DNA of 61,766 nt from an uncultured Alphaproteobacteria bacterium (GTDB taxonomy: Bacteria; Pseudomonadota; Alphaproteobacteria; RF32; CAG-239), in NCBI GenBank assembly GCA_944391695.1, contig CALXUO010000005.1, positions 1 to 61,766 on the forward strand, in the 5' to 3' direction. Shown one piece after another: positions 39,106 to 48,514 of this stretch (the stretch's first letter is position 1; the number at the start of each line of letters is the position of its first letter). The notes below the pieces were generated by a model. It saw only the letters and a list, made by a program, of their open reading frames with translations, was not told where the DNA came from and searched no databases. The position numbers were made by a program, and so were the translations under genes.

Positions 39106-39142
39106 AAAAACCTTGAAATTCTTTATGAAAATCAAGGTTTTT
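39106..39142 (-). terminator. Inverted repeat just downstream of the interrupted tRNA-Pro
   Basis: AAAAACCTTGA (39106-39116) / TCAAGGTTTTT (39132-39142). Confidence 0.6.
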
Positions 39143-39145
39143 TAG

Positions 39146-39376
39146 TGGAAAGGATTGACTGGACTCGAACCTTGTCTTGCTTGGTAAGTTCGCTAAAGCT
39201 CACTAACCTAAGCTTCGGTCACTCGTTTTTTATGTTTTTTTGCGGCGGCTCACTCCGCCTTAAAAAACTGACAAAACTTCGTCGCTTGCGGTAAAATCAA
39301 CCGGAGCATCGGTTGATTTTATCCTCGCGCCTCTTCGTCCCGAACGAAGCGTTCTACCAGGCTGAACTACAATCCG
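39146..39376 (-). tRNA. Interrupted tRNA-Pro(CGG), probably a pseudogene
   Basis: The 5' part (39376-39330) has a perfect D-stem (GTTC/GAAC) and anticodon stem CTTCG/CGAAG around TT-CGG-GA. The 3' part (39171-39146) is GGTTCGAGTCCAGTCAATCC-TTT-CCA; CAATCC pairs with the 5' GGATTG. Confidence 0.8.
39172..39329 (-). other. 158-nt three-hairpin insertion in tRNA-Pro (REP/MITE-like or intervening sequence)
   Basis: Hairpin 1 has a perfect 12-bp stem (39292-39303 / 39310-39321). Hairpin 2 is an irregular stem (about 39225-39278). Hairpin 3 spans 39179-39213 with tandem G-A pairs and a TTTA loop. Confidence 0.7.
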
Positions 39377-39542
39377 TTCTCTCTAATGTCCGTTATGTTG
39401 TAACATATTTTTTTTAGAACTCAAGCAAAATTTTTAAAAATTTTATCTTTTAATCTTTCTTTATCATAATTTTTCAATTTATGTTGCTAATTTGAAATAC
39501 TGATGTTACCCTTTTTATCTATGATTGTAAGGATGCTGTCTT

Positions 39543-39740
39543 ATGGATGAACAACGTTTGATTGATATTGAAACTGCTTTGGCTAACCAAGAAAAAACTC
39601 TTGAGGAACTTAGCAAAGTTGTTTATGAACAAGGCCTTAAAATTGACAACCTCTTGAAAATAAACAAATATCTCTTGGATTTGGTTGATAAAGATGTCGT
39701 CAAACCCTTGTCCGAAGAAACACCGCCGCCGCATTACTAA
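39543..39740 (+). CDS. slyX: SlyX family protein
   Basis: RLIDIETALANQEKTLEELSKVV...EETPPPHY. Confidence 0.93.
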   Translation: MDEQRLIDIETALANQEKTLEELSKVVYEQGLKIDNLLKINKYLLDLVDKDVVKPLSEETPPPHY

Positions 39741-39794
39741 TCTTGTATTGTTAATTTGAAGATATATATTTCTTGACTGAAAGGATTGCATATT

Positions 39795-40310
39795 ATGATT
39801 GAGTGGGATGCTTTATACAAGGTTTCTTTGGGGCTTTATGTCTTGGGGGCAAACGACGGTGAACGCCCGGCCGGAAGTATCGTCGATGCCGTAATGATTG
39901 CTGCCAACAAGCCTTGCGCTCTGGCCTTGTCTTGCGGGAATTTAAGCTTTACCAAATCTTGTATCGAAAAGACAAAACAATTTTCCTTGTCGGTTTTGCC
40001 CAAAGATATCGACCCTTTTGTAGTGGCTAATTTTGGCTTCCAATCAAGCAAAAATGTCAATAAATGGGATAATGTCGAACATGGATCTTTAAACAATTTG
40101 CCGGTGTTGCGAAACGCTTTGGCTCATATTACCGCCAAAGTGTTAACCTCTTATCCCCTGGAAAGCAATACCGTGTTTATTGCTGAAATTGATCAGGCAA
40201 TAAATGTCCGTGATGCTGATAATCTTTTGTATGAAGATTACCGTAATTATTTTAAAAATGATGTTATCAAAACTTTTCAACAATATATGAAGGAGAAAGC
40301 CAATGGCTAA
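39795..40310 (+). CDS. Flavin reductase family protein
   Basis: [39 protein letters not shown]. Confidence 0.85.
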   Translation: MIEWDALYKVSLGLYVLGANDGERPAGSIVDAVMIAANKPCALALSCGNLSFTKSCIEKTKQFSLSVLPKDIDPFVVANFGFQSSKNVNKWDNVEHGSLNNLPVLRNALAHITAKVLTSYPLESNTVFIAEIDQAINVRDADNLLYEDYRNYFKNDVIKTFQQYMKEKANG

Positions 40311-40440
40311 ACAATGGGTTTGTACTGTTTGCAACTATGTCTATGACGGAGAAACTCCGTTTGAAGAGCTACCTGATGACTGGGCTTGCCCGGTTTGCGG
40401 CGTTGACAAATCTTTTTTTGAGCAACGTGATGCCGAATAA
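40303..40440 (+). CDS. Rubredoxin
   Basis: Manual translation [45 protein letters not shown] with two CxxC motifs; AGGAG Shine-Dalgarno. Confidence 0.93.
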   Translation: MAKQWVCTVCNYVYDGETPFEELPDDWACPVCGVDKSFFEQRDAE

Positions 40441-40444
40441 TAAT

Positions 40445-40469
40445 AAAGCCGGTATTTCAAACCGGCTTT
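40445..40469. terminator. Bidirectional terminator
   Basis: AAAGCCGGT-N7-ACCGGCTTT between rubredoxin and mutS. Confidence 0.8.
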
Positions 40470-40473
40470 TTTA

Positions 40474-43158
40474 TTACACCATTTTTTTCAGCTCGTATAA
40501 TTTTTCCAAAGCTTCACGTGGGCTTAAATCATCGGGATTTACTTTTGATAACTCATCTAAAGCCGGTGATGATATTTTTTCTTCCACCATTTCTTTAACA
40601 CAAGCAAACAATGGTAGCTCCTCTGATATATCTTTGACTGACATTCCTTTTCCCTGCCGCTCTAAATTATGCAGCACCTGATCGGCCCTTTTTAATACCG
40701 CTTTGGGCAAGCCTGCCAATTTGGCAACGTGAATGCCATAGCTCCTATCGGCCGCGCCGTCTATTACCTCGTGCAAGAAGATAACCTCATCGTTAAACTC
40801 TTTTATCTTCATGCAATGCAGACTCAACCGCGCCAGTTTGCCGCTTAATGATGTCAGCTCATGATAGTGGGTAGCAAAAATGGTGCGGCACCGATTTATC
40901 TCGTGCAAATACTCTAACACCGCCCAGGCAATCGACAAGCCGTCAAATGTGGCCGTGCCACGACCAATCTCATCTAAAATCACAAACGAACGTTCATCGG
41001 CCTGGTTTAGAATTGCCGCGGTTTCAACCATCTCGACCATAAAGGTTGAGCGCCCTTTGGCCAAATCATCAGAGGCACCAACACGCGAAAAAAGCTTGTT
41101 GACAATCCCTATGCGAGCGCTTTCGCACGGAACAAACGACCCCATTTGCGCCATAATGGCAATAATGGCATTTTGCCTTAAATATGTCGACTTGCCGGCC
41201 ATGTTGGGTCCGGTTAAAAGCCACAGGTTGTTTTGATTTTCTGCCATATAACAATCATTGCCGACAAACGGAGCCGAATTTTCTTTTTTTAGCGACTGTT
41301 CAACAACCGGATGTCTGCCGTTTTTTACTTCAAACGAAAGTGAATTATCAACCAACGGACGACAATAGTTATACTCTACCGCCAAGTCAGCCAATGACGA
41401 GGCTACATCCAACTCGGCAAAGGCCATGGCCGTCTTGATGATATCATCCGAGGTTGCCTTTACCTCTGCAACCAGTTCATCATATAATATTTGCTCCAAA
41501 GCCAATGCTTTATCCGCGGCGCCGCGTATCTTATCTTCAAGCTCGGTCAGCTCAACCGTGGTAAAACGCGAGGCGTTCAAAATCGACTGGCGGAAAATAA
41601 AATCTTTGTTATCCATTATTTGCGGTGCATTTTTGAGCGGTACCTCTATAAAATAACCGATAACATTGTTGAATTTTAATTTAAGATGCGAAATTCCGGT
41701 CGCCTCAATATACTTATTTTGCAAGCTCATAATCAATTTGTGGCTGTCTTCTTTTAGCATTCTAAGCTCGTCTAACTCTGCCGAGTAGCCTTTTTTGATA
41801 AACTCGCCGTCGCGGCTTAGAAGCGGAAGATCTTCCTCTTTAAGCGCATCGGCAAGATGAGATACCAATTTTGAATGCTCTCCCAAATCGGCGGTAATCT
41901 TTTGCAGCGCTTGCGGAACCGAGGAAATCATATCGGCATCATCTTTATTTTTGAAATAAAGCAAATTACGCAGCTTGGGAACCACACCTAAAGTATTTTT
42001 GATGTTGGACAAATCCCTCGGACCGCCCCTGCCCACACAAAGACGTGATACGGCACGCCCCAAATCACATGAGGATTTTAGAATTTCTCTTATGTCTTCT
42101 CTTAAGGATTGGCGTTTCAGAAAAAACTCCAAAACATCAAGCCGCTCATTAATGCCTGTTACGTTACGCAGCGGATTGGTAATCCTTGAGGCCAGCAATC
42201 GGCCCCCCGGACCTGTTACCGTGCGGTCCAAAACCCCAAAAAGCGAGCTTGTTTTATCACCGGAAAGCGAATCTATCAGCTCTAAAGAACGACGGGTGGA
42301 GGCGTCTATTTCCATAAACTGCCCTTCTTCAATCTTTTGCGGATAAAGTAACAGCGGGATTTTGCCCTTTTGCGAATTTTCGACATAGTCAACCAAACAC
42401 CCGGCGGCGCTTAGCTCCGCACGCGAAAATGAACCAAATGCGTCCAAAGCAGAAACTTTGAAAATTGACTGCAAATGCAGCTTGGCATTTTCGCTGTCAA
42501 ATCTTGCATCCGGCCATACGGTCAGCTGCTCTTTATAACTTTTCATAACGGAATATACATCGGAATCATGCAAATAAGAATCGGAAATAATTATTTCGGC
42601 CGGGTGCAACTTAAACAAGGCTCCGGACAAAATATCTTCTTCCTTATTGCCATTAAGGCTGAGCTCTTGCGTAAAAAACTCTCCAGTTGAAATATCAAGC
42701 CATGCCAAACCCAAAACATTTGCTCGCTTAGAAATTGCCAACAAAAAATTATTGCGCTTGGCCTCAAGCAACGGATCTTCAGTCAAAGTTCCGGCCGTAA
42801 CCAAGCGAATAACCTCGCGTTTTACAACTGACTTGTAGCCTCTTTTTTTGGCTTCTTTCGGATCTTCAAGTTGTTCACAGATGGCAACTTTGTAGCCCAA
42901 GCGTATAAGCTTGGCCAAATAGCTTTCATAGGCGTGAAACGGAACCCCGCACATCGGGACATCCTCTCCTTCTAATTTGCCGCGCTTGGTTAAGGCAATA
43001 TCTAACGCCTTGGATGCCGTTACGGCGTCATCTAAAAACAACTCGTAGAAATCGCCCAAACGATAAAACAGCAAATATCCGGGATGTTCTTCTTTTATTT
43101 TGAAGTACTGTAACATCATCGGTGTCAGAGATGTTGTTTTTTTTGTATCTGTTTCCAT
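40474..43158 (-). CDS. mutS: DNA mismatch repair protein MutS
   Basis: [58 protein letters not shown]. Confidence 0.99.
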   Translation of the reverse strand: METDTKKTTSLTPMMLQYFKIKEEHPGYLLFYRLGDFYELFLDDAVTASKALDIALTKRGKLEGEDVPMCGVPFHAYESYLAKLIRLGYKVAICEQLEDPKEAKKRGYKSVVKREVIRLVTAGTLTEDPLLEAKRNNFLLAISKRANVLGLAWLDISTGEFFTQELSLNGNKEEDILSGALFKLHPAEIIISDSYLHDSDVYSVMKSYKEQLTVWPDARFDSENAKLHLQSIFKVSALDAFGSFSRAELSAAGCLVDYVENSQKGKIPLLLYPQKIEEGQFMEIDASTRRSLELIDSLSGDKTSSLFGVLDRTVTGPGGRLLASRITNPLRNVTGINERLDVLEFFLKRQSLREDIREILKSSCDLGRAVSRLCVGRGGPRDLSNIKNTLGVVPKLRNLLYFKNKDDADMISSVPQALQKITADLGEHSKLVSHLADALKEEDLPLLSRDGEFIKKGYSAELDELRMLKEDSHKLIMSLQNKYIEATGISHLKLKFNNVIGYFIEVPLKNAPQIMDNKDFIFRQSILNASRFTTVELTELEDKIRGAADKALALEQILYDELVAEVKATSDDIIKTAMAFAELDVASSLADLAVEYNYCRPLVDNSLSFEVKNGRHPVVEQSLKKENSAPFVGNDCYMAENQNNLWLLTGPNMAGKSTYLRQNAIIAIMAQMGSFVPCESARIGIVNKLFSRVGASDDLAKGRSTFMVEMVETAAILNQADERSFVILDEIGRGTATFDGLSIAWAVLEYLHEINRCRTIFATHYHELTSLSGKLARLSLHCMKIKEFNDEVIFLHEVIDGAADRSYGIHVAKLAGLPKAVLKRADQVLHNLERQGKGMSVKDISEELPLFACVKEMVEEKISSPALDELSKVNPDDLSPREALEKLYELKKMV

Positions 43159-43258
43159 TTTTTATCCGTAAAATATTTAGTATTTTTAAACTTGTTATAG
43201 CATATTATATTTTAAGAGTTTGGTCTAGAACATTTTTTATACAGGGTGGAATAAACCG

Positions 43259-44698
43259 ATGTTTGAGAAATCTCGCAAGGCTTTGGGGTTTGAAAAAAAT
43301 ACTCAATTTGTGGAAAGAATTCTGTTTTTAAGTTTTCCTACCGCGTTGGTGTTTATGGTGTTGGCGGCCTTTAATTTGGTTGATCCGACGCTGGCTATTA
43401 TATCTTTGGCGGCGGTGGTGGTTTTTAACATCGTGTTATTGTTCCCTCTAACCTTTGAACTGCAGCAAATTAAAAAATATGTTACCAAACTGGCCAAAGG
43501 TGAAATCTCGGAGCAAGATGTTTTGGCCTTGTCCGAAGACGAATCGAAAGAACTTATTGAAGCAATTAACAATATGCATCATTTTTGGGCGCAAAAAGCC
43601 GACCTTTTGGAAGCACAAACCATCTCCGATACTGCCGTGTTGGACAGCCTGCCCGATCCCATCATGATGATTGATAGGTCCGGAAATGTTATCGGTGCCA
43701 ACTTGTCGGCCCGCACCTCTTTTGGTGAAAAAATTACGGATAAAAATATTGACAAAGTTTTTCACTCCAACAACTTTATTAATGCTGTTTCCAGAGTTTT
43801 AAACAAAGAAACAACCTCTGAAAATCTTATCTTTTATGTTGAAAAACCAATTGACCAAAAATTTTATGCCCATATCAAACAGCTTCCTTGGTTGTCAAAA
43901 GGCAAAGCAGTAGCCGTCATTTCAATATATGACCTCACCAAGTCAATGAAAATTGAAAAAATGCAATCTGATTTCGTGGCCAATGCCAGTCATGAGCTAC
44001 GCACTCCCTTATCGATTGTATCTGGTTTTGTCGAAACCTTGCAAACATCGGCCAAAGATGATGCGGAAGCGCAGCAAAAATTTTTGCAAATTATTGCCGA
44101 CCAGGTGGAATATATGTCCAATTTAATTGAAAATTTGCTCTCGCTTTCAAGAATTGAACTTAATCAAGACGAGCATCCTCAAGACAAAGTTGATGTCGAG
44201 CAAATTGTTGATGATGCCGCCAAAGCCTTAGAAATAAAAGCGCAAAATAACAACATGACAATTCATATTATTAAAGACGCCAATATTGCTCCTATCAAAG
44301 CCGACGCTCAACAAATTAAACAAATTGTGCAAAATCTTATTGATAATGCCATAAAATACGGCAACTTAGGAACCGAAGTTACCATAAGAATTAATAATGT
44401 TGAGAAGATACCTCCTTCCAAAACAATAAAAACCGCCAAAGGTAAAGCTGTTGCCATTTCGGTCAACAACAAAGGACCTAAAATCGGGCCGGAAAAACTG
44501 GCGCGTTTGACCGAAAGATTTTATCGCCTGCAGGAACATAAAGACAAAAATATCAAAGGTACCGGCCTGGGACTTGCCATTGCCAAACACATCATTATCA
44601 GGCATCTCGGAAATATTACCGTAAATTCCAATGGATATAACGGCACAACCTTTACTATTTATTTGCCGGTGTTTGAATCTGACGATGCCTCTTTATAG
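43259..44698 (+). CDS. phoR: PhoR-like sensor histidine kinase (PAS-HisKA-HATPase)
   Basis: DFVANASHELRTPLS, NLIDNAIKYG, RLTERFYR, GTGLGLAI; two N-terminal TM helices. Confidence 0.8.
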   Translation: MFEKSRKALGFEKNTQFVERILFLSFPTALVFMVLAAFNLVDPTLAIISLAAVVVFNIVLLFPLTFELQQIKKYVTKLAKGEISEQDVLALSEDESKELIEAINNMHHFWAQKADLLEAQTISDTAVLDSLPDPIMMIDRSGNVIGANLSARTSFGEKITDKNIDKVFHSNNFINAVSRVLNKETTSENLIFYVEKPIDQKFYAHIKQLPWLSKGKAVAVISIYDLTKSMKIEKMQSDFVANASHELRTPLSIVSGFVETLQTSAKDDAEAQQKFLQIIADQVEYMSNLIENLLSLSRIELNQDEHPQDKVDVEQIVDDAAKALEIKAQNNNMTIHIIKDANIAPIKADAQQIKQIVQNLIDNAIKYGNLGTEVTIRINNVEKIPPSKTIKTAKGKAVAISVNNKGPKIGPEKLARLTERFYRLQEHKDKNIKGTGLGLAIAKHIIIRHLGNITVNSNGYNGTTFTIYLPVFESDDASL

Positions 44699-46344
44699 AA
44701 ATGCATAAATACAACCGGTTTGATGTCGGTTGCTTTATATATTTGTTTGCGAATACGCGCCGCCAAATATTCTTTAATTTGATTTTCGTTATTGTTGAGC
44801 TTAATTATCTCTTTGGCTATATCAGCCTTAATGCTTGCTATTATGTCTGTTTTAAGAGACGTAAACGCATCTTCTTCCAAAATATCAATTGAACTTATTT
44901 GCAAATCTTTAAGATGCCAATCTTTGGCAAAAATAACGCTGATAAATACCGAACAATTAAAAGCTATCCTTTTGCGATTTTTTATAAGCTGAGAATCCAG
45001 CGCCGTCAGTTGGTGGCGGTCAACACCTAATTTGCGGGTAAATACTTCTGATACAATGTCGGCTCTTTTGTCTTGCAACAACACTACTTCGCCGTTTCTT
45101 ACTATCAAAACATTGCCTACACCGTTTTCTTGAGCCAATTTCTTTTGTTTGCGAAGACTGCGCTTATCTCCGTGAACCGGTATTACCGTTTGTGGCTTGA
45201 GAAGACGGTACATCTCCAAAATTTGGCTTGGTGTGGCATGGCCGGAAGCATGTACTTCATAGTCCTCGGTTGAGATTACGTTAACCCCCATATCGCGCAG
45301 CTTTTCTTGCATACGCTCAATTTTTTCCTCGTTACCGGGAATTATCTTTGAGGAAAAAATAATATTATCGCCTTGCTTGAGGACTATATCTTTGCTCTCG
45401 CCGTTGACAATACGAGTAAGAGCCGAGCGATAATCTCCTTGTGAGCCGGCACAAATATATAAAATTTTATCAAGCGGAATATCCTTGGCATCTTTAATAT
45501 CATAGGCTTTGGGACAATCTTTGAGATAACCGCATTCTTTGGCAATCTTAAAGTTTTGGTTGAGCGAATGTCCCGATATTACCGCCGTACGATTGGCCGC
45601 ATCGGCGGCTAAAATCAAGCTCTCCAATCGCATAATATTGGAGGCAAAACATGTGGCAACAATGGTGTTGGACAGAGCAGGAACTAGTTTCAACAAATTT
45701 TGCCTTACCTCATATTCGCTCGGCTCCGGCGTCGTCTCTCCCATATTGGTAGAATCGCCAACATAAAGAGTTACTCCTTGCTTGGCTATATTATGCAGCT
45801 CTTCGTAATCGGTGGGCAATATCTTGGTCTTGCCATCGTCAAAACGCCAGTCGGTAGCATGCAAAATATTGCCATAGCGCGTTTTAATAAAAAGGCCTGC
45901 GCTTTGCGGAACCGAATGAACCAACGATACAAATTCAACCTCAAAATTTTTGAGCTTTACTATCGGGTTTAATGTTACCGAATAAAGCTTGGCAAAATTT
46001 TCCAAATGATATTCTTTAAGTCGTGCTTTGATATGGCCAAGCGTAAAATCATTGGCATATACCGGACAATCCAACATAGGCAGAACATGACCAATGGCTC
46101 CGTAGTGGTCCTCATGTCCGTGAGTAATGAACATTGCCTCGATATCATCGCGGTAGGTCTCTAAAAAAGAGGCATCGGCAAGCCCCATCTCCATACCTGG
46201 AAAATCATTACCCAAAAAACCATATCCCGCATCAACAACTATTATTTTGCTGTCAACAATATAGGCAAACATATTAAAACCGACTTCTTCGGCACCACCC
46301 AATGCCACAAAATATATACCCTCTTTGTTAAATCCTTCTATCAT
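44659..46344 (-). CDS. rnj: Ribonuclease J
   Basis: ALGGAEEVG, ITHGHEDHYGA, HATDWRFD, FASNIMR, HASGHA, PVHGD. Confidence 0.93.
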   Translation of the reverse strand: MIEGFNKEGIYFVALGGAEEVGFNMFAYIVDSKIIVVDAGYGFLGNDFPGMEMGLADASFLETYRDDIEAMFITHGHEDHYGAIGHVLPMLDCPVYANDFTLGHIKARLKEYHLENFAKLYSVTLNPIVKLKNFEVEFVSLVHSVPQSAGLFIKTRYGNILHATDWRFDDGKTKILPTDYEELHNIAKQGVTLYVGDSTNMGETTPEPSEYEVRQNLLKLVPALSNTIVATCFASNIMRLESLILAADAANRTAVISGHSLNQNFKIAKECGYLKDCPKAYDIKDAKDIPLDKILYICAGSQGDYRSALTRIVNGESKDIVLKQGDNIIFSSKIIPGNEEKIERMQEKLRDMGVNVISTEDYEVHASGHATPSQILEMYRLLKPQTVIPVHGDKRSLRKQKKLAQENGVGNVLIVRNGEVVLLQDKRADIVSEVFTRKLGVDRHQLTALDSQLIKNRKRIAFNCSVFISVIFAKDWHLKDLQISSIDILEEDAFTSLKTDIIASIKADIAKEIIKLNNNENQIKEYLAARIRKQIYKATDIKPVVFMHFYKEASSDSNTGK

Positions 46345-46353
46345 AAATTATCC

Positions 46354-47082
46354 TTAATCTTTTAAAAAAATATCGCCTACCGCAATATTGGTAATTTTAT
46401 CTCCTTGTTTTAGCAATAAATAACCTTGTTCGTCAATACCCTTAAATATGCCTTTTTGTTGTTTTGCCCCCTGATTTATTAAAATTTCTTTATCAATGCC
46501 CGCAGCATAGCTCATCCATTTTTGTCGCAACGGCAAAAATCCGTCCTTTTTACAGATGGCAAGATTGCTATTAAAATGCCTTAAATATGTTTGCAAAAAT
46601 TGTTCGCGCGAAATATCACAGCCCATACTTCTTAAATCTGCCACTTTATACAAAATATTGTCTGCTTTAGGTGCCGATACAAGATTAACGCCAATTCCTA
46701 CAATAACCGTATTTGATTCGCCCGTTTCTATCAATATCCCACTTATCTTGCCGCCTTTAACCAACACATCATTGGGCCATTTGATGCTTACTTCAAGTTT
46801 GGGAGCCAATGCTTTAACACTTTCGGCAATACTTACAGAGCTTATGAACACCAAATATGATATCGGAACATCAAGGTAAAAAAGCTGACTAAAAAACAGA
46901 TTGCCCTTGAGTGATACCCATTTCCGCCCTATGCGGCCACGCCCCTGTTTTTGACTTAGGGCCGTAAACACTTTCGGCTTTCCGTCAAAATCTTTGCTCG
47001 CGGCATAGGCCGTTGTGTTGGTTGAATTAACTTCACCAAAATCCTGCCACAACCAATTTTCTATTTCTGATATTTTGTTTAT
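46354..47082 (-). CDS. birA: Biotin--[acetyl-CoA-carboxylase] ligase; start probably ATA at 47082
   Basis: STN, QKQGRGRIGRKWVS, KWPNDVLV, KISGILIE, VGIGVNL. The ORF track starts at TTG 47052, but the frame is open back to ATA 47082, which lies 6 nt after AGGAGG. Confidence 0.9.
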   Translation of the reverse strand: MNKISEIENWLWQDFGEVNSTNTTAYAASKDFDGKPKVFTALSQKQGRGRIGRKWVSLKGNLFFSQLFYLDVPISYLVFISSVSIAESVKALAPKLEVSIKWPNDVLVKGGKISGILIETGESNTVIVGIGVNLVSAPKADNILYKVADLRSMGCDISREQFLQTYLRHFNSNLAICKKDGFLPLRQKWMSYAAGIDKEILINQGAKQQKGIFKGIDEQGYLLLKQGDKITNIAVGDIFLKD

Positions 47083-48503
47083 GATATGCCTCCTAAAATC
47101 ACCAAAGCATTGCTAATTAGCCAGGCCGGATTAATCAGAGATGCCAAAATAAACGTAACATTTATAAATAAGCAAATATAAATGGCTTTGTCGGCACGGT
47201 CAAACTTGCTAACCAGCGGTTCAAAATAAATAATCCTGATAACCTGGAAACAAGCGCTTGCCACAAACAACAGGCTTATGAGTAAAACTCCCATCAGAAA
47301 CCAAGAATTGTCGGCCACAAGATTATTGATTATTGATAAATAGCCAAAAAAGCCCAATGTTGGCGCCAGGCCTATCAATGAAAACATAAAAATCAGCAAA
47401 GCCGCCGACATATATGGACGAAGCCGATAAAAACCACTTATGTACGTAATGTCACTGATATATTCTCCCTTGGATTTAAGCCCCAAAAATACGGTATAAA
47501 CACCCGCCAATGACAAAATGGCAATAATCATATAGGCAAACGAGGCAATTACCGCAGAACCCGAAAAATGTACCATGCCGGTAAGGGCAAAACCAATACA
47601 GTAAATGCTTAAAAAAGCAAACTTTTTGCGAATGTTGTTTTCAGAATTGGCCGAAAAAGCGCCGATAAGCAAAGACAAAACCGCAAAAAAGCATAAAAGC
47701 GGAGCAACAAAATCGGTAAATGCAACCAAGCATCCTTTCATCAGATTTATTAGGGCGCCAATATAAATTAACGGCGGGACAAGCGTTATAAATCCGCAAA
47801 CCGGCAAAACAGCCTCCGAGATGGCGGCAATAAACCAGAGATGAAACGGAACCAAGCTTAGCAAAAACATAAAACAGCCGATTATCATAACCACCGCAAG
47901 CAAAGATGTCGGCGCAAAGTTCTTTTCGGCGGCATAAAAATCTCTGATGATTGCATACTCAAACGAACCGGTTTGAATATAAATTATATACACTCCCAAC
48001 CATAACAATAGGCAAAAAACAGCGGCAAAAAAGCCATAGGCTTTGGCAATAGGCTCAACCCGCTCCGTATCCCAATGACGCAAAATCAGCCGACGATAAA
48101 AGAAACAAATAAACGGTATTATAACCGCCAGACTTATAAGCGAAGTTGCCGAGGCCAAAATATCAAAACCAAACAACAAAGCAAAACAAACGGCATAGAA
48201 TTTAAAAGACGGACGATTTTTATTTAAAAACCATTTGGATGATAAATAAAACCACGCCCAAGCCATAAGATAGGCAAAGGTCTTAAAAATGGTGCTTAAC
48301 GGAGTATTGGCCCAAAGCAAAGGAAAAGCACTTTTGTTATAAAAGACAATTGAAAACAATATGACCGCAACCAAAAAAATCTGAGCCAAAGAGGCAAAAG
48401 TTTTGGGAGTTTGGACTTTGCGAAATTTAGCTACCAAACCGCCGACAACAAAAAAGCCTAATAAAAAAATTTCGGGAAGCAGAATAAACCAATTTTCAAG
48501 CAA
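47079..48503 (-). CDS. nuoN: NuoN-like antiporter subunit, highly diverged
   Basis: LLPEIFL, LSLVPFHLW, FMFSLIGLAPTLGF, QVIRIIYF; followed by birA-rnj as in alphaproteobacterial nuo operons. Confidence 0.8.
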   Translation of the reverse strand: MLENWFILLPEIFLLGFFVVGGLVAKFRKVQTPKTFASLAQIFLVAVILFSIVFYNKSAFPLLWANTPLSTIFKTFAYLMAWAWFYLSSKWFLNKNRPSFKFYAVCFALLFGFDILASATSLISLAVIIPFICFFYRRLILRHWDTERVEPIAKAYGFFAAVFCLLLWLGVYIIYIQTGSFEYAIIRDFYAAEKNFAPTSLLAVVMIIGCFMFLLSLVPFHLWFIAAISEAVLPVCGFITLVPPLIYIGALINLMKGCLVAFTDFVAPLLCFFAVLSLLIGAFSANSENNIRKKFAFLSIYCIGFALTGMVHFSGSAVIASFAYMIIAILSLAGVYTVFLGLKSKGEYISDITYISGFYRLRPYMSAALLIFMFSLIGLAPTLGFFGYLSIINNLVADNSWFLMGVLLISLLFVASACFQVIRIIYFEPLVSKFDRADKAIYICLFINVTFILASLINPAWLISNALVILGGIS

Positions 48504-48514
48504 CGCCTCTCTCC

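Noticed and set aside
39067-39294. 75-aa ORF across the tRNA-Pro region
   Set aside because: It is the antisense read-through of the tRNA 3' half and the hairpin insert, and shows no protein-like features.
39172-39329. The tRNA insert as a group I/II intron or a bulge-helix-bulge intron
   Set aside because: It is too short and lacks the catalytic core motifs. Simple excision would not restore the T-stem, because positions 47-51 are missing.
43259-44698. PhoR-like kinase without an adjacent phoB or pst genes, overlapping the rnj 3' end by 40 nt
   Set aside because: Unlinked partners and short convergent overlaps are ordinary; there is no evidence of anything special.
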